Source: Bdellovibrionota bacterium
GTDB taxonomy: Bacteria; Bdellovibrionota_C; UBA2361; OMII01
Direction of reading: 5' to 3'
DNA length: 64,000 bases
Assembly: GCA_044345405.1 (NCBI GenBank)
Contig: JBIJBE010000008.1
Location: 36,519-100,518 of the forward strand
In this document: piece after piece, positions 39,373 to 49,617 of the stretch
How positions within the stretch are numbered: the stretch's first letter is position 1
Layout: every line of letters starts with the position of its first letter
The notes under the pieces: model-generated
What the model was told of the DNA's origin: nothing
What the model saw: the letters and a program-made list of their open reading frames with translations, nothing else
Databases searched by the model: none
Position numbers and translations under genes: made by a program

Positions 39373-40062
39373 ATGATCTCGACACTCTTTCCAGCTTTGG
39401 CGGTTGTTACCCTCGTACTCCTTGGAGTGGCGCAGTACTTCATCTTTATGGTTGTGCCGAACGAGCAGATTATGGGAGCGGTTCAGCGAGTGTTCTACTT
39501 CCATGTCGCCGCCGCGCTCGCCTGTTACGCCGCCTTCTTCGTGGTCTTCGTCGCGAGTGTGAGTTACCTCACCTCGCGTAACAAGAAGCATGACATCCTC
39601 TCCGTCGCCGCCGGCGAAGTTGGTTTTGTATTGTGTACGATCGTGCTGATCACGGGAATGATCTGGGGACATAGCGCTTGGAACACATGGTTCCGTTGGG
39701 AGGAGCCACGGCTGGTGACCTTCCTCGTTCTCTGGCTTATCTTTCTCTCCTTTACCGTTTTGAGAAATTTCGGAGATCCTAGCAAGACGGCGGTGCACGG
39801 CTCTATCTTAGGTATTATCGGAGCCGCTTCGGTGCCACTCGTCTATCTTTCAATCAAGCTGTTGCCGCAGAGCGCTCGACTTCATCCGGAAGTTGTTGAG
39901 CACGGAGGTCTTCGTGACCCCTCGTATTGGCAGGCGTTCGGTATCTCGGTGGTCGGAATGCTATTCCTTTGCGCCCTCTTGGTTTGGGTTCGCTATCGAA
40001 TTGGATGCGCTGAGGACAGGGCGCGACTTCGCGCTCTTGAGGAGATGAACTATGACGCCTGA
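39373..40062 (+). CDS. ccmC: heme exporter CcmC
   Basis: QRVFYFHV, TGMIWGHSAWNTWFRWEEPRL, LHP. Confidence 0.92.
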   Translation: MISTLFPALAVVTLVLLGVAQYFIFMVVPNEQIMGAVQRVFYFHVAAALACYAAFFVVFVASVSYLTSRNKKHDILSVAAGEVGFVLCTIVLITGMIWGHSAWNTWFRWEEPRLVTFLVLWLIFLSFTVLRNFGDPSKTAVHGSILGIIGAASVPLVYLSIKLLPQSARLHPEVVEHGGLRDPSYWQAFGISVVGMLFLCALLVWVRYRIGCAEDRARLRALEEMNYDA

Positions 40063-40201
40063 TACCTTTCCCTCTTTATTTTGGTCCTACACCGTCGTGT
40101 GGGTCATTTTGGCCGTGTATATCGTTACCCTCGGTGTGCGGCTTTCTCGCCTAGAGAAGCGATTGTCCGCAAATCAGGAAGGGTCGAATGAGCGAAAGTA
40201 G
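40052..40201 (+). CDS. ccmD: CcmD-family small membrane protein (absent from the ORF track)
   Basis: MTPDTFPSLFWSYTVVWVILAVYIVTLGVRLSRLEKRLSANQEGSNERK; GAGGAG RBS; overlaps the ccmC end. Confidence 0.8.
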   Translation: MTPDTFPSLFWSYTVVWVILAVYIVTLGVRLSRLEKRLSANQEGSNERK

Positions 40202-40799
40202 CGACCTTCTCCACATTAAGCACGCCGAGTTTCTCTTCGGCGCGCCGACCCTCGCTGATATTCGGAGACAGACGGCTCCAGAGGTGGCGATTATCGGACG
40301 TTCGAACGTTGGGAAATCTACCTTCGTCAATCGACTTTGCGGGCGCAGAGTCGCTCGAGTCAGTGGTCGTCCAGGGTGCACCCAGCAGCTAAACTTCTAT
40401 CACGTGGATGGGGTTGTAGAGGGTGTGGAGTTCGATCTCAATGTGGTCGACATGCCCGGCTTCGGATTCGCGCGCCTCTCAAAAGAAGAGCGAGAGGAGA
40501 TCTCGCGCCTAACCGTTGATTATCTTCGAAACCGAAAGCAGTTGCGCACGGTGATCCTTCTCAATGATTGCCGCCGCCGCCCCGAGGTCGACGAGGTCGC
40601 GATTCAAAAGATCTGTATCGAAGCAGGGGTGCATTGTCTTATCGTCGCGACGAAACTCGACAAAGAGAAGCGCAGTCAGCACGAGCGTCTCCTCAAGGAC
40701 GTCGCGACCGGATTCGGGCTTGAGCGTGGCGATATTTTGGGGACCGGAGAGAGCATGTCGCCAGCGGCGATTTGGAGCCGTGTTATTTCGCTCCTGTAA
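40188..40799 (+). CDS. engB: ribosome biogenesis GTPase YihA/YsxC
   Basis: GRSNVGKST, PGCTQQLNFY, DMPGFG, TKLDK. Confidence 0.93.
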   Translation: MSESSDLLHIKHAEFLFGAPTLADIRRQTAPEVAIIGRSNVGKSTFVNRLCGRRVARVSGRPGCTQQLNFYHVDGVVEGVEFDLNVVDMPGFGFARLSKEEREEISRLTVDYLRNRKQLRTVILLNDCRRRPEVDEVAIQKICIEAGVHCLIVATKLDKEKRSQHERLLKDVATGFGLERGDILGTGESMSPAAIWSRVISLL

Positions 40800-40810
40800 G
40801 TGAGGATGGG

Positions 40811-41437
40811 ATGTTTACTGGAATAGTTCAGGCGCAGGCGCTCGTTCAGAGGGTTGAGCGAAGGGGAGACATCGTCACGATCGCCTTGAAGTTTCAGGGG
40901 GATTACCTCAAGGGCATCGCGATTGGGGCGAGCGTGTCGGTTCACGGGTGCTGCTTGACGGTGACCTCATTCACTCAAACTGAAGCGACCTTTGATATGG
41001 TTCCTGAGACGATATCCCGAACATCCTTTAAGAATCTTCATGAGGGTGATTTCGTGAATGTTGAGAGGTCGCTCAAGTTCGGCGATGAGGTCGGAGGTCA
41101 CATCCTTTCTGGCCACGTTGATGTCGTTGCCTCGATCGCGAAGATCGAGAAACTCGAACAGAGTCAAATTATGACATTCCAGCTTCCCACTGCGTGGACG
41201 AAATATGTGTTCGAGAAGGGGTACGTGGCGTTGAATGGCGCAAGTCTTACGATTACGCGCGTCGATAGAGACTCCTCGCGCTTTACGATCTCACTTATCC
41301 CCGAGACATTGGCGAAGACTACCTTTGGTGTCGCCAAAGAAGGAGACGATGTGAATGTCGAGATAGATCGCTCCACGCAAGCGATCGTGGACACCGTAGA
41401 GCGTGTCTTAGCCCAGCGATTGCGAGAGGGGAGTTAG
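40811..41437 (+). CDS. ribE: riboflavin synthase alpha chain
   Basis: MFTGIV start, GCCLTV, VNVERSL, GGHILSGHVD. Confidence 0.95.
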   Translation: MFTGIVQAQALVQRVERRGDIVTIALKFQGDYLKGIAIGASVSVHGCCLTVTSFTQTEATFDMVPETISRTSFKNLHEGDFVNVERSLKFGDEVGGHILSGHVDVVASIAKIEKLEQSQIMTFQLPTAWTKYVFEKGYVALNGASLTITRVDRDSSRFTISLIPETLAKTTFGVAKEGDDVNVEIDRSTQAIVDTVERVLAQRLREGS

Positions 41438-41814
41438 ACCTCTTCGAAGATAGGGATCGGGCGATTGCCACTATCGACCGCCACCATGACAACTTCGGCG
41501 GTTGTTACCTGCGAAGTGTGTAGTTGATCAATGCCTCTCGTAGCCTCCACGTCCACTTGGATCGTTATTGAGGTACGGCCTGTTTTTGTCGTGGAGCAGT
41601 AGAAGCTCACCGAATCTCCCACATAGACCGGCGCGATGAACTGAACCTCTCGCATGATCTTGGTGACGTATTTCTTTGGCGCGACGGAACGAGCGTGCTG
41701 AGCGGCCGCTAAGTCGATAAGGCTCAAAATGTGACCTCCGAAGATACTTCCCAACGCGTTGGTGTCGCGAGGCATCATGATAGAGCGGATAGCGGGATTT
41801 CGTTCGGTTGACAT
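41434..41814 (-). CDS. acyl-CoA thioesterase (YciA-like hotdog fold)
   Basis: MMPRDTNALGSIFGG..IDLAA, GRTSI. Confidence 0.9.
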   Translation of the reverse strand: MSTERNPAIRSIMMPRDTNALGSIFGGHILSLIDLAAAQHARSVAPKKYVTKIMREVQFIAPVYVGDSVSFYCSTTKTGRTSITIQVDVEATRGIDQLHTSQVTTAEVVMVAVDSGNRPIPIFEEV

Positions 41815-41927
41815 GTGGTTGCCTGTAAAACTTTGGCGAGTTGGTCTTTTGTAGCTGAGAAAGGAGTTCGGGAAAACCTTAAATAGAGAAGGGCCAGGGG
41901 AAAGAAGCACCAAGGCGGCGGTAAAGC

Positions 41928-41955
41928 GAGGGCGACCGTCCCCGGTCGCCCTCCC
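41928..41955. repeat. single variant REP
   Basis: GAGGGCGACCG-TCCC-CGGTCGCCCTC. Confidence 0.65.
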
Positions 41956-42015
41956 GTGCCTCGGGTCGGGGATTCCAGCTTGCATCCAATTTGGCAACAC
42001 CCCCCTCCCTCCGCT

Positions 42016-42537
42016 ATGCTCCCACCCATGACACCTCTAACCGACACCGCCTCATATTGGGTCTCCGCACTCTCGCTCTCTCCTCATCCTGAGGGAGGTT
42101 TTTTCAAGGAGACCTATCGCGCGTCAGATATCATTCCCGCCGGCGTCTTTGGTGAGCGATTCAAGGGGCCCCGTAACGCCGCGACCGGTATCTATTATTT
42201 ACTTGAAGCGGGTGACTTCTCGGCGTTCCACCGAATTCGATCCGATGAGATGTGGCATTTTTACGCGGGAGGATCGCTTGAGCTTCACATCCTTCATGAG
42301 GGACGTCATCACGCGGTGCGAATAGGTCGACACGTTCATGATGGAGAGGTGCTTCAGTATGTCGTGCCCGCCGGCGCTTGGTTCGCCGCGACACCTTTCA
42401 AGGGGGCGCCCTACTCCCTTCTTGGATGTACGGTTAGCCCCGGCTTTGATTTCGCTGACTTCGAGATGGCGAACTCGACGGAGCTGACGCGCGAATATCC
42501 CGCTTTCGCCACCGTAATCTCCACGTTCACTCGCTAG
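42016..42537 (+). CDS. cupin domain protein (DUF985/Cupin_5)
   Basis: LSPHPEGGFFKETYR, IYYLL, FHRIRSDEMWHFY, VSPGFDFADF. Confidence 0.9.
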   Translation: MLPPMTPLTDTASYWVSALSLSPHPEGGFFKETYRASDIIPAGVFGERFKGPRNAATGIYYLLEAGDFSAFHRIRSDEMWHFYAGGSLELHILHEGRHHAVRIGRHVHDGEVLQYVVPAGAWFAATPFKGAPYSLLGCTVSPGFDFADFEMANSTELTREYPAFATVISTFTR

Positions 42538-42647
42538 CGCGCGAACTCCTACGTCCGTGATAACCCTCATGGAGACAGGCTGTGTCTCCGCGTTACGGTC
42601 GTCGCTACGAATAAGTTACATTCACGTAACGGAGCGAGGAGAGATCC

Positions 42648-43049
42648 ATGACACAGCAGAGCGAAATGAATCAACCAGAGAGCAAGTCAACGATGGCGCG
42701 AGGGGACGAGGAGTGTGGCGCGGAGCCGCGGCGAGAGGAGGGACGCCAGAAGTACGTTAACTCCGCGGTGGAGCAAACCGGGAAAATACTCCGCAATTTA
42801 AGCCAAAAGGTTCGGTCGGTGGCGGAGTCCCTTCGAGAGGAGCAGGGGCCGCAGCAGCGGGTGGGTCGCACCGTGGAGCGGGTAGCCAAGAAACTTGAAT
42901 CAAGCGCTGACTACCTTTCGGGAGCTTCGTCCACTGAATTACGAGATGACATGTCGAGCGTGATCAAGCGCTATCCGATTCGTTCCCTTGGCGTATTTTT
43001 CGGAGTGGGGCTCTTGCTTGGCGCGGTGCTCCGTCGTCGAGGAGTGTAG
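42648..43049 (+). CDS. DUF883/ElaB/YqjD-like tail-anchored protein
   Basis: Helical N-terminus, IKRYPIRSLGVFFGVGLLLG, basic tail. Confidence 0.7.
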   Translation: MTQQSEMNQPESKSTMARGDEECGAEPRREEGRQKYVNSAVEQTGKILRNLSQKVRSVAESLREEQGPQQRVGRTVERVAKKLESSADYLSGASSTELRDDMSSVIKRYPIRSLGVFFGVGLLLGAVLRRRGV

Positions 43050-43051
43050 CC

Positions 43052-43459
43052 ATGATGGAGGATTTTAGGCGGGAATTTGAGTCAACCATGACTCCGCTGT
43101 TGAGGGGGATCTTGGATGACACTCAGAAGCTCCTTCGACAGGAGATAGCGTTGGCTCGTGTGGAGGTAACAGAGGACGCCATCCGCGCGCGGGACGCTGT
43201 CGTTGGGATCTCCGTGGGCGCGATGATGGGATATATAGCCTTTATCTTCGCCTGTTTCGCGGCGGTATATCTCTTGGTTGCGTATCAGCCTACACTTCCA
43301 GTTTGGGGCGCGTACGCCGTCGTTTCTGTGGTGCTGGCGGTGGTGAGTTGGATCTTCACCTCCCGTGGAGTGCGACGGGCGAGGGAGATTCGAGGTGTTC
43401 CGCAGCAAACGATTGACTCAATACAACAAGGATTCCAATGGATGCAGAGACGGGCATAG
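43052..43459 (+). CDS. phage holin family (YqjE-like) membrane protein
   Basis: LLRQEIALARVEV, two TMs, PQQTIDS. Confidence 0.75.
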   Translation: MMEDFRREFESTMTPLLRGILDDTQKLLRQEIALARVEVTEDAIRARDAVVGISVGAMMGYIAFIFACFAAVYLLVAYQPTLPVWGAYAVVSVVLAVVSWIFTSRGVRRAREIRGVPQQTIDSIQQGFQWMQRRA

Positions 43460-43923
43460 GGCGTGAGTCCTCTTCCCAGTTGCGGGAGCGGATTCAACAG
43501 ACACAGGCTGATTTGGGCACCAAGATAGGGGCTTTAGAAGGGGAGGTACGAAGCGTGGCAACACAAGCAAAGGAGCGAGTACGTGAGAGAGTTAACGCGG
43601 TTCAGGATGTTATCGATGTGCGGAGGTACGTCGAGAGACGACCTGCTTTGGCGAGCGCAATCGCGCTTGGCGCTGGGGTAGTTATCGGAATGAGACGTCC
43701 TCGGATTGAGCGACCACGTCGAGTAGGGCGGATGGTCTCCGTGAGAGGTCCCCGAGGGGGCCGGTTGTGGAGCGCAATATCTCCTGAGATAGCGACCCTT
43801 CGGGCGCTGTTGGTGGGAAGAGCCCTTGGTTTCGTGGGTGAAATGGTACGGGATCGCATGAGAGGGGAGTACTATCCCGAAGGGCGCCAGGCTGAGGCGA
43901 GGCCTTCCGCCCCTATTCAGTAG
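43438..43923 (+). CDS. DUF3618-like protein
   Basis: LRERIQQTQADLGTKIGALE. Confidence 0.65.
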   Translation: MDAETGIGRESSSQLRERIQQTQADLGTKIGALEGEVRSVATQAKERVRERVNAVQDVIDVRRYVERRPALASAIALGAGVVIGMRRPRIERPRRVGRMVSVRGPRGGRLWSAISPEIATLRALLVGRALGFVGEMVRDRMRGEYYPEGRQAEARPSAPIQ

Positions 43924-44333
43924 AGCGCGTAACGTGAATCCCCCCCGCCGCGGCGAGACGCAAGCTCCCGGCGGGGGCGCGCAGCAAGAGATTGCGTGTG
44001 TCTCGAGTCGGGGTATGACTGCCTTTTTGGGGCCTGGGAGCCCGCGACCAGATCGCTATCTTTTCGCACGGTAAGCTTTTTAGGTGGTTACCCGGGACCC
44101 TTAGGGGGGCATGGTGCTCCACCGGTCTCAGGGGCTTTTTACGGCCTGATTTTCAGCGGGTTCCGATAAACTGGGTCGGTGCTCAGAGGGTAAAAAGACC
44201 AGTGTTCCTCTGTTATTAAACGGCGCTTTGGCCTAATCTGTCCTCGCTCTTTTTATCTCTTCATGGAATAGTCTGAGCTTCTTACGTTGTACCCACGGGC
44301 GACCGGATTGTCGCCAGGACGCCAAAGCGAACT

Positions 44334-47054
44334 ATGTTAGTGTACCTCGCCAAAAAGATATTCGGGACCCGAAACGACCGCATCCTTAAAGCTCTTCGTC
44401 CAGTCGTTATGAGGATTAACGACCTGGAGTCCCGGTATCAGGCGATGTCAGACGCCGATCTTCGTGATCAGACCGCTCGGTTCAAGGAGAGGATCGAGCT
44501 CGGAGAGTCCCTCGATAGCCTCCTGCCGGAGGCCTTCGCCGTTGTTCGAGAGGCGGGCAAGCGCGTTGTGGGCATGCGCCATTTCGATGTTCAGCTTATC
44601 GGAGGATCGATCCTTCACAACAAGATGATCGCTGAAATGCGGACCGGAGAGGGAAAAACGCTCGTCGCTACCCTTCCATCATACCTTAACGCGCTCACCG
44701 GCAAGGGGGTGCACGTTGTGACGGTGAACGATTACCTCGCTCGACGTGACGCCGAGTGGATGGGCCGCATTCATACCTTTCTTGGGCTCTCTGTTGGTTG
44801 TGTCTACCACGGTGTAAGCGAGGAGGCGCGTCGCGACGCGTATCAAGCCGATATCACCTACGGACAGAACAATGAGTTCGGATTCGACTACCTCCGTGAC
44901 AACATGAAGTTCTCCGCCGGAGAGATGGTACAACGCGGACACTACTTCGCGATCGTGGACGAGGTCGACTCAATTCTCATTGACGAGGCCCGAACGCCAC
45001 TGATTATCTCTGGCCCCGCTGAAGAGTCCACCGATAAGTATCTCATCATCAATAAGGTCGTTCCGCATCTCCAGCGCGAGAAGGATTTCGAGGTCGACTT
45101 GAAGTCCAAGCAGCCTTCCCTCACCGACTCTGGTATCAAGCGTGTGGAGTCCCTCCTTAACGTAGAGAACCTCTTCGATCCAGGAAATGTGGAGCTCGTT
45201 CACCACGTGCAGCAGGCGCTCCGCGCGCATACAACGTTCGAGCGAGATGTCGATTACGTCGTGCAAAACGGGCAGGTGGTTATCGTTGATGAGTTCACCG
45301 GACGGCTCATGCCAGGTCGACGATGGTCGAACGGTTTGCATCAAGCGATCGAGGCGAAAGAGGGCGTTACCGTGGCTCGCGAAAATCAAACGCTCGCCTC
45401 TATCACCTTCCAGAACTACTTCCGTATGTACGAGAAGCTCGGTGGTATGACCGGTACCGCTGACACCGAGGCTTCGGAGTTTAAACAGATTTACGGACTG
45501 GAGGTCGCTCTCATCCCGACCAATAATCCGATGGTCCGAAAAGATAACGTGGACCTCGTCTATCGCACACGGCGCGAGAAGTACGACGCGGTTGTTAACG
45601 ATATCGAGGAGATCCATGCCAAGGGGCAGCCTGTTCTCGTCGGAACGATCAGCATCGACCAGAGCGAGCACCTCTCGAAGTTGCTCAAGGAGAAGGGTGT
45701 CCCTCATAACGTTCTTAACGCTAAGCACCACGAGCGTGAGGCCGAGATTATCGCGCAAGCCGGTCGCATGGGTGCCGTCACCATCTCAACAAACATGGCG
45801 GGTCGCGGAACGGATATCTTACTCGGCGGAAACGCTGAGTTCCTCGCGGCCGCTGAGGCGGATACTCGCGATCCTCAGGATCCTAATTTTCAAGCGGCCC
45901 TCGCTAAGTACAAGGCGGAGTGCTCGGCGGAGCATCAAAATGTCGTAGAGGCCGGTGGCCTCTACGTGATGGGAACTGAGCGCCATGAGTCTCGCCGTAT
46001 CGACAATCAGCTCCGAGGTCGCGCCGGGCGACAAGGAGACCCAGGACAATCGCGCTTCTATATCTCGCTTGAGGACGACCTCATGGTTCGTTTCCAAGGG
46101 GAGCGTCTCCAGGTGATCATGCAACGCATGGGCTGGGAGGAGGGAATGGCTCTCGACAATCCGATGATGAGCCGCACCATTGAGAGCGCTCAGAAACGTG
46201 TCGAGGCGATGCATTTCGAGAGTCGCAAGCACGTCACCGAGTACGATGACGTGATGAATAAGCAGCGACAGGTTATCTATAACCTTCGATCTCGAATCCT
46301 TCGAAATGAGCGCATTCGCGAAGAGGCTTTCGATATCATCGACGATATCTTTGAGTCGGCGGTCACCGCGGTATGTGATGAGCGAGTGAAGCCGATCGAG
46401 TGGGACCTTTCGAAGCTTGTCGAGAAGTTCACCTACATTACCGGGCGTGAGTTCTCGTTTCCCGAGAATATGCAGCTTGATCACCAAGAGGTCTTTGATG
46501 CTCTTCGTCACTCGGCTCGCGCAATCTATACAGCGCATGCCGATGAACAGAGCGGGAAGCTCGCGGGCCTGAAGGAGATCGGCGTATCTCCTCAGCTTAA
46601 TCGTGGAGTCATTGGCGAGGGAGCCCCGGTTGGGTTCGAGTTGATCGAACAGGACGCGATGCTTGAGGCGGTCGACTATTTCTGGCGCCACCACCTTCAA
46701 GAGATGGACTATCTCCGAGAGGGTATTGGACTTCGAGGGTACGCGCAGAAGAATCCACTGTACGAATACCAGCGCGAGGGCTTTATCCTCTTCCAGCAGA
46801 TGCTGGAGGAGATGAAGGAGAGCGTGCTTCGGCGGCTCTTCTACCACGCCGTTCCATCTCCCGAGGAGATCATTAAGCACATCGAAGAGGAGCGTCGCCG
46901 TCACGCTGAACTTGAGCGGCAGATGCAACTGACGCACGGCGAGGAGATTGAAGGTGGGTCTGATGAGACATCCACCGGAGATAAAACTCTCGATGACGAG
47001 CGTTCCCGACTGGAAGCCCAGAAGAAAGCGCGGCGCAAAGCAGCGAAGCGATGA
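44334..47054 (+). CDS. secA: preprotein translocase SecA
   Basis: MRTGEGKT, DEVDSILIDEARTPLIIS, TNMAGRGTDI, HESRRIDNQLRGR. Confidence 0.99.
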   Translation: MLVYLAKKIFGTRNDRILKALRPVVMRINDLESRYQAMSDADLRDQTARFKERIELGESLDSLLPEAFAVVREAGKRVVGMRHFDVQLIGGSILHNKMIAEMRTGEGKTLVATLPSYLNALTGKGVHVVTVNDYLARRDAEWMGRIHTFLGLSVGCVYHGVSEEARRDAYQADITYGQNNEFGFDYLRDNMKFSAGEMVQRGHYFAIVDEVDSILIDEARTPLIISGPAEESTDKYLIINKVVPHLQREKDFEVDLKSKQPSLTDSGIKRVESLLNVENLFDPGNVELVHHVQQALRAHTTFERDVDYVVQNGQVVIVDEFTGRLMPGRRWSNGLHQAIEAKEGVTVARENQTLASITFQNYFRMYEKLGGMTGTADTEASEFKQIYGLEVALIPTNNPMVRKDNVDLVYRTRREKYDAVVNDIEEIHAKGQPVLVGTISIDQSEHLSKLLKEKGVPHNVLNAKHHEREAEIIAQAGRMGAVTISTNMAGRGTDILLGGNAEFLAAAEADTRDPQDPNFQAALAKYKAECSAEHQNVVEAGGLYVMGTERHESRRIDNQLRGRAGRQGDPGQSRFYISLEDDLMVRFQGERLQVIMQRMGWEEGMALDNPMMSRTIESAQKRVEAMHFESRKHVTEYDDVMNKQRQVIYNLRSRILRNERIREEAFDIIDDIFESAVTAVCDERVKPIEWDLSKLVEKFTYITGREFSFPENMQLDHQEVFDALRHSARAIYTAHADEQSGKLAGLKEIGVSPQLNRGVIGEGAPVGFELIEQDAMLEAVDYFWRHHLQEMDYLREGIGLRGYAQKNPLYEYQREGFILFQQMLEEMKESVLRRLFYHAVPSPEEIIKHIEEERRRHAELERQMQLTHGEEIEGGSDETSTGDKTLDDERSRLEAQKKARRKAAKR

Positions 47055-48223
47055 CGCTCGATCCATTCGCGCTGTATCTTCACGTTCCCTTTTGCGCGCA
47101 GAAGTGCCCGTACTGTGATTTTAACACATACGCGACGCCTAAGGTTCCGGAGGCGGAGTACATAGCTGCGCTTCGCAAGGAGCTGCGGATGTACGCCGAG
47201 GATCCCCGTTTCGTTGGCAGGAAGATATATACCGTGTTTTGGGGCGGAGGCACTCCATCATTACTTTCTCCGGACGGTATCGCCTTGGTGCATCAAGAAG
47301 CTCGACAGCTGTTCGGTATTGAGGATGGCGCTGAGGTGACGCTGGAGGCTAATCCTTCCGAGCCCTCAAGGGAGAGATACGCCGGTTACCGCGATGCCGG
47401 CGTAAATCGTATTAGTTTTGGGGTGCAGTCCTTCTCGCCAAAGCGTTTGCAGATGCTTGGGCGCGATCACTCAGGTGATGACGCGCGGCGCGCGGTTAAC
47501 CTCTGCGTTGAGGCGGGCATTCCTAATGTCAGTCTGGATATCATCTTTGGTGTGGCCGAGCAGACCGTGGAGGATCTTGAGTTTGATCTTCAAGCGGCGA
47601 GCGAATTGCCGATCCAACATATCTCCACCTACGCGTTGACGATTGAGCCGGGCACCCCGTTCTTCCAACGGCAGGAGCGAGGGCTGCTCAAGATGCCGAC
47701 GGACGCTCTTGTAGCTTCGATGCTCGAGCGTATACCGACCTATCTCGCGGCCCGCGGCTTCTCGCGATATGAGATCAGCAATTATAGTAGGGATGGCGCG
47801 CGAAGCCGCCATAACGAAGCGTATTGGATCGGCTCAGACTATCTCGGTATCGGCGCGGGCGCGCACAGCTATGTGGCTCAGTACGATGGTGAGCGAAGAA
47901 TCGCGGGTTCTCGGTGGAGTACGCTCGCGCTTCCCGCTACCTACATGAAGGCCTCGGGGACCGTATCATCGGTTTCATGGCGCGAGGAGCTATCCATCGA
48001 GTCTCTTCAATTCGAATTCTTCTATCTTGGGCTTCGACGGATGGTCGGTGTGTCGTCGAGAGATTTTGAAAAGTTTTTTCGGGTCGCGGCCCGCTCGATC
48101 TACGGAGACGCGCTTAGAGAGCTCTCCGATGAGGGGTTTATCTCTGATGACGGTGACCGCATCTCATTGACCACCACTGGAATCGCTCTTGCTGATTCGG
48201 TGTACGAGCGATTTCTGAGGTAG
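47051..48223 (+). CDS. hemW: radical SAM heme chaperone HemW
   Basis: LYLHVPFCAQKCPYCDF, GGGTPS, YEISNY..HNEAYW. Confidence 0.92.
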   Translation: MTLDPFALYLHVPFCAQKCPYCDFNTYATPKVPEAEYIAALRKELRMYAEDPRFVGRKIYTVFWGGGTPSLLSPDGIALVHQEARQLFGIEDGAEVTLEANPSEPSRERYAGYRDAGVNRISFGVQSFSPKRLQMLGRDHSGDDARRAVNLCVEAGIPNVSLDIIFGVAEQTVEDLEFDLQAASELPIQHISTYALTIEPGTPFFQRQERGLLKMPTDALVASMLERIPTYLAARGFSRYEISNYSRDGARSRHNEAYWIGSDYLGIGAGAHSYVAQYDGERRIAGSRWSTLALPATYMKASGTVSSVSWREELSIESLQFEFFYLGLRRMVGVSSRDFEKFFRVAARSIYGDALRELSDEGFISDDGDRISLTTTGIALADSVYERFLR

Positions 48224-48295
48224 AACGAAGCGTCAGTGGTCGTCACCGATTACATCGAGGCCATTCACGTGTTGGGGGCCGATGTTCGAAATATT

Positions 48296-49264
48296 CTATG
48301 ACGCGCTGTGCGCCTCCAGGAATTCAATCGCGCGACGCTCGGCCCATGTACCACCTAGATCGAGTGTATCCCAGAATCCAACGTGCCCACCGTGGCGAGG
48401 GGTTTCTAGGTGAATCGATTGGTGGGTTCGAGCGAGCTCGTGTGGATAGCAGGAGGGGGAGAGAAAGGGATCGTCGAGAGCGCTGAGAGCGAGCGTGGGA
48501 ATTGAGATGGTGGGGAGAAAGCGGAGCGAGCTACTTGAGTTCCAGTATTCCTGAACGCTCTCGAAGCCGTGGAATGGTGCGGTGAAGCGACGATCAAACT
48601 CGTGAAAGGTGGTTATTCGCGAGAGACCCTCAATGTTGAAGAGCTTCGGAAAGCGCGCTTTTTTTTCGCGCATCCTTCGGCGCAGGGGGCGGAGAAGGTA
48701 CTGCATATACATCGCGTTTGAGGGTCGGGCCAGAACATCCGCCGAGCCCGCGAGATCCATCGGTACCGACACAACGACGCTAGATTTGAGTGTGCTCGGC
48801 AATCTTTCGGATTCTTCCCCGAGGTACTTAAGGGTAATATTGCCTCCCACACTGAACCCGATTAGGGAGATCTGATCGTAGGGCAGGGTGATGGCGTGTT
48901 GAACGATCCGTTTGAGGTCATCACTTTTTCCGCTGTGGTACCAGGAGACGAGGCGATTGGGCATGTCACCGCACCCCCTCATGTTCCATGTAAGAACGTC
49001 CCACCCGGAGGAGAGGAGCGAGTTCCTCATTCCCAGAACGTAGGAGCTATCGAACGATCCTTCGAGCCCGTGTGATATGATCGCGAGCCTTTTGCAGCCA
49101 TGTTGATGAAGACGATAGAGGAGGATGTCTCCATCCGGTGTTTCGAGAGAGTGGGTAGCGGTGAAGTTGGTCTTAGGATTTCGGAATAGCGCTGGCACGA
49201 TCGTTTGAGTGTGCGGAGAGCGAAAGAGGAACGCCGGGGAAAATGATGGAGTGATGAGCGGCAT
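48296..49264 (-). CDS. YheT-family alpha/beta hydrolase
   Basis: HTQT, HGLEGS, GFSVGG, DDPF, GGHVGF. Confidence 0.88.
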   Translation of the reverse strand: MPLITPSFSPAFLFRSPHTQTIVPALFRNPKTNFTATHSLETPDGDILLYRLHQHGCKRLAIISHGLEGSFDSSYVLGMRNSLLSSGWDVLTWNMRGCGDMPNRLVSWYHSGKSDDLKRIVQHAITLPYDQISLIGFSVGGNITLKYLGEESERLPSTLKSSVVVSVPMDLAGSADVLARPSNAMYMQYLLRPLRRRMREKKARFPKLFNIEGLSRITTFHEFDRRFTAPFHGFESVQEYWNSSSSLRFLPTISIPTLALSALDDPFLSPSCYPHELARTHQSIHLETPRHGGHVGFWDTLDLGGTWAERRAIEFLEAHSAS

Positions 49265-49422
49265 GTGGGTGATTATGACGTTCCGCTCTTTCGTTGGCTA
49301 CAGGATGGCGAATGTCTCCCGGCGGCGCGGATGAGAGGCCAGGTCGCAAAGGAGCGTTAAAGAACGCGCGCGGAGCCTGGCCGAGTCGAGTTGGGACGAC
49401 TCACATGATGTCCTTCGCTGTA

Positions 49423-49617
49423 TTAGTTAGCGACGGACGTTCCCGCGGAGATCACCATCTTCACCGCAGAGGCGAGGATAGAGATTGCGAGGGCCAAAAT
49501 AAAAGCGCCAACCCAGCGCTCGAACGCGTACAGGAGAGGATCGTTCCAAAATTTGGCGACCTCAGCCTTTACGAACTCTTTCACACCCCGGGTGGGCGTG
49601 TTTTTCTGGTTGTCCAT
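49423..49617 (-). CDS. small single-TM hypothetical protein (64 aa)
   Basis: GGAGG RBS before ATG; C-terminal hydrophobic helix. Confidence 0.55.
   Translation of the reverse strand: MDNQKNTPTRGVKEFVKAEVAKFWNDPLLYAFERWVGAFILALAISILASAVKMVISAGTSVAN

Noticed and set aside
43052-43459. Prophage remnant suggested by the holin-family gene
   Set aside because: No phage genes nearby; the context is a cellular membrane triad.
44298-44315. GGCGAC-N6-GTCGCC hairpin upstream of secA as another REP
   Set aside because: Only a 6-bp match and no GGAG foot; may be chance.
43924-44333. Possible ncRNA (SRP, 6S, tmRNA) in the 410-bp gap before secA
   Set aside because: No diagnostic motifs recognised.
45819-47066. 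Long antisense ORFs (415 aa opposite secA; also those opposite gyrA, ccmF, glnA, amrB)
   Set aside because: Shadow ORFs caused by codon bias in GC-rich genes; no motifs.
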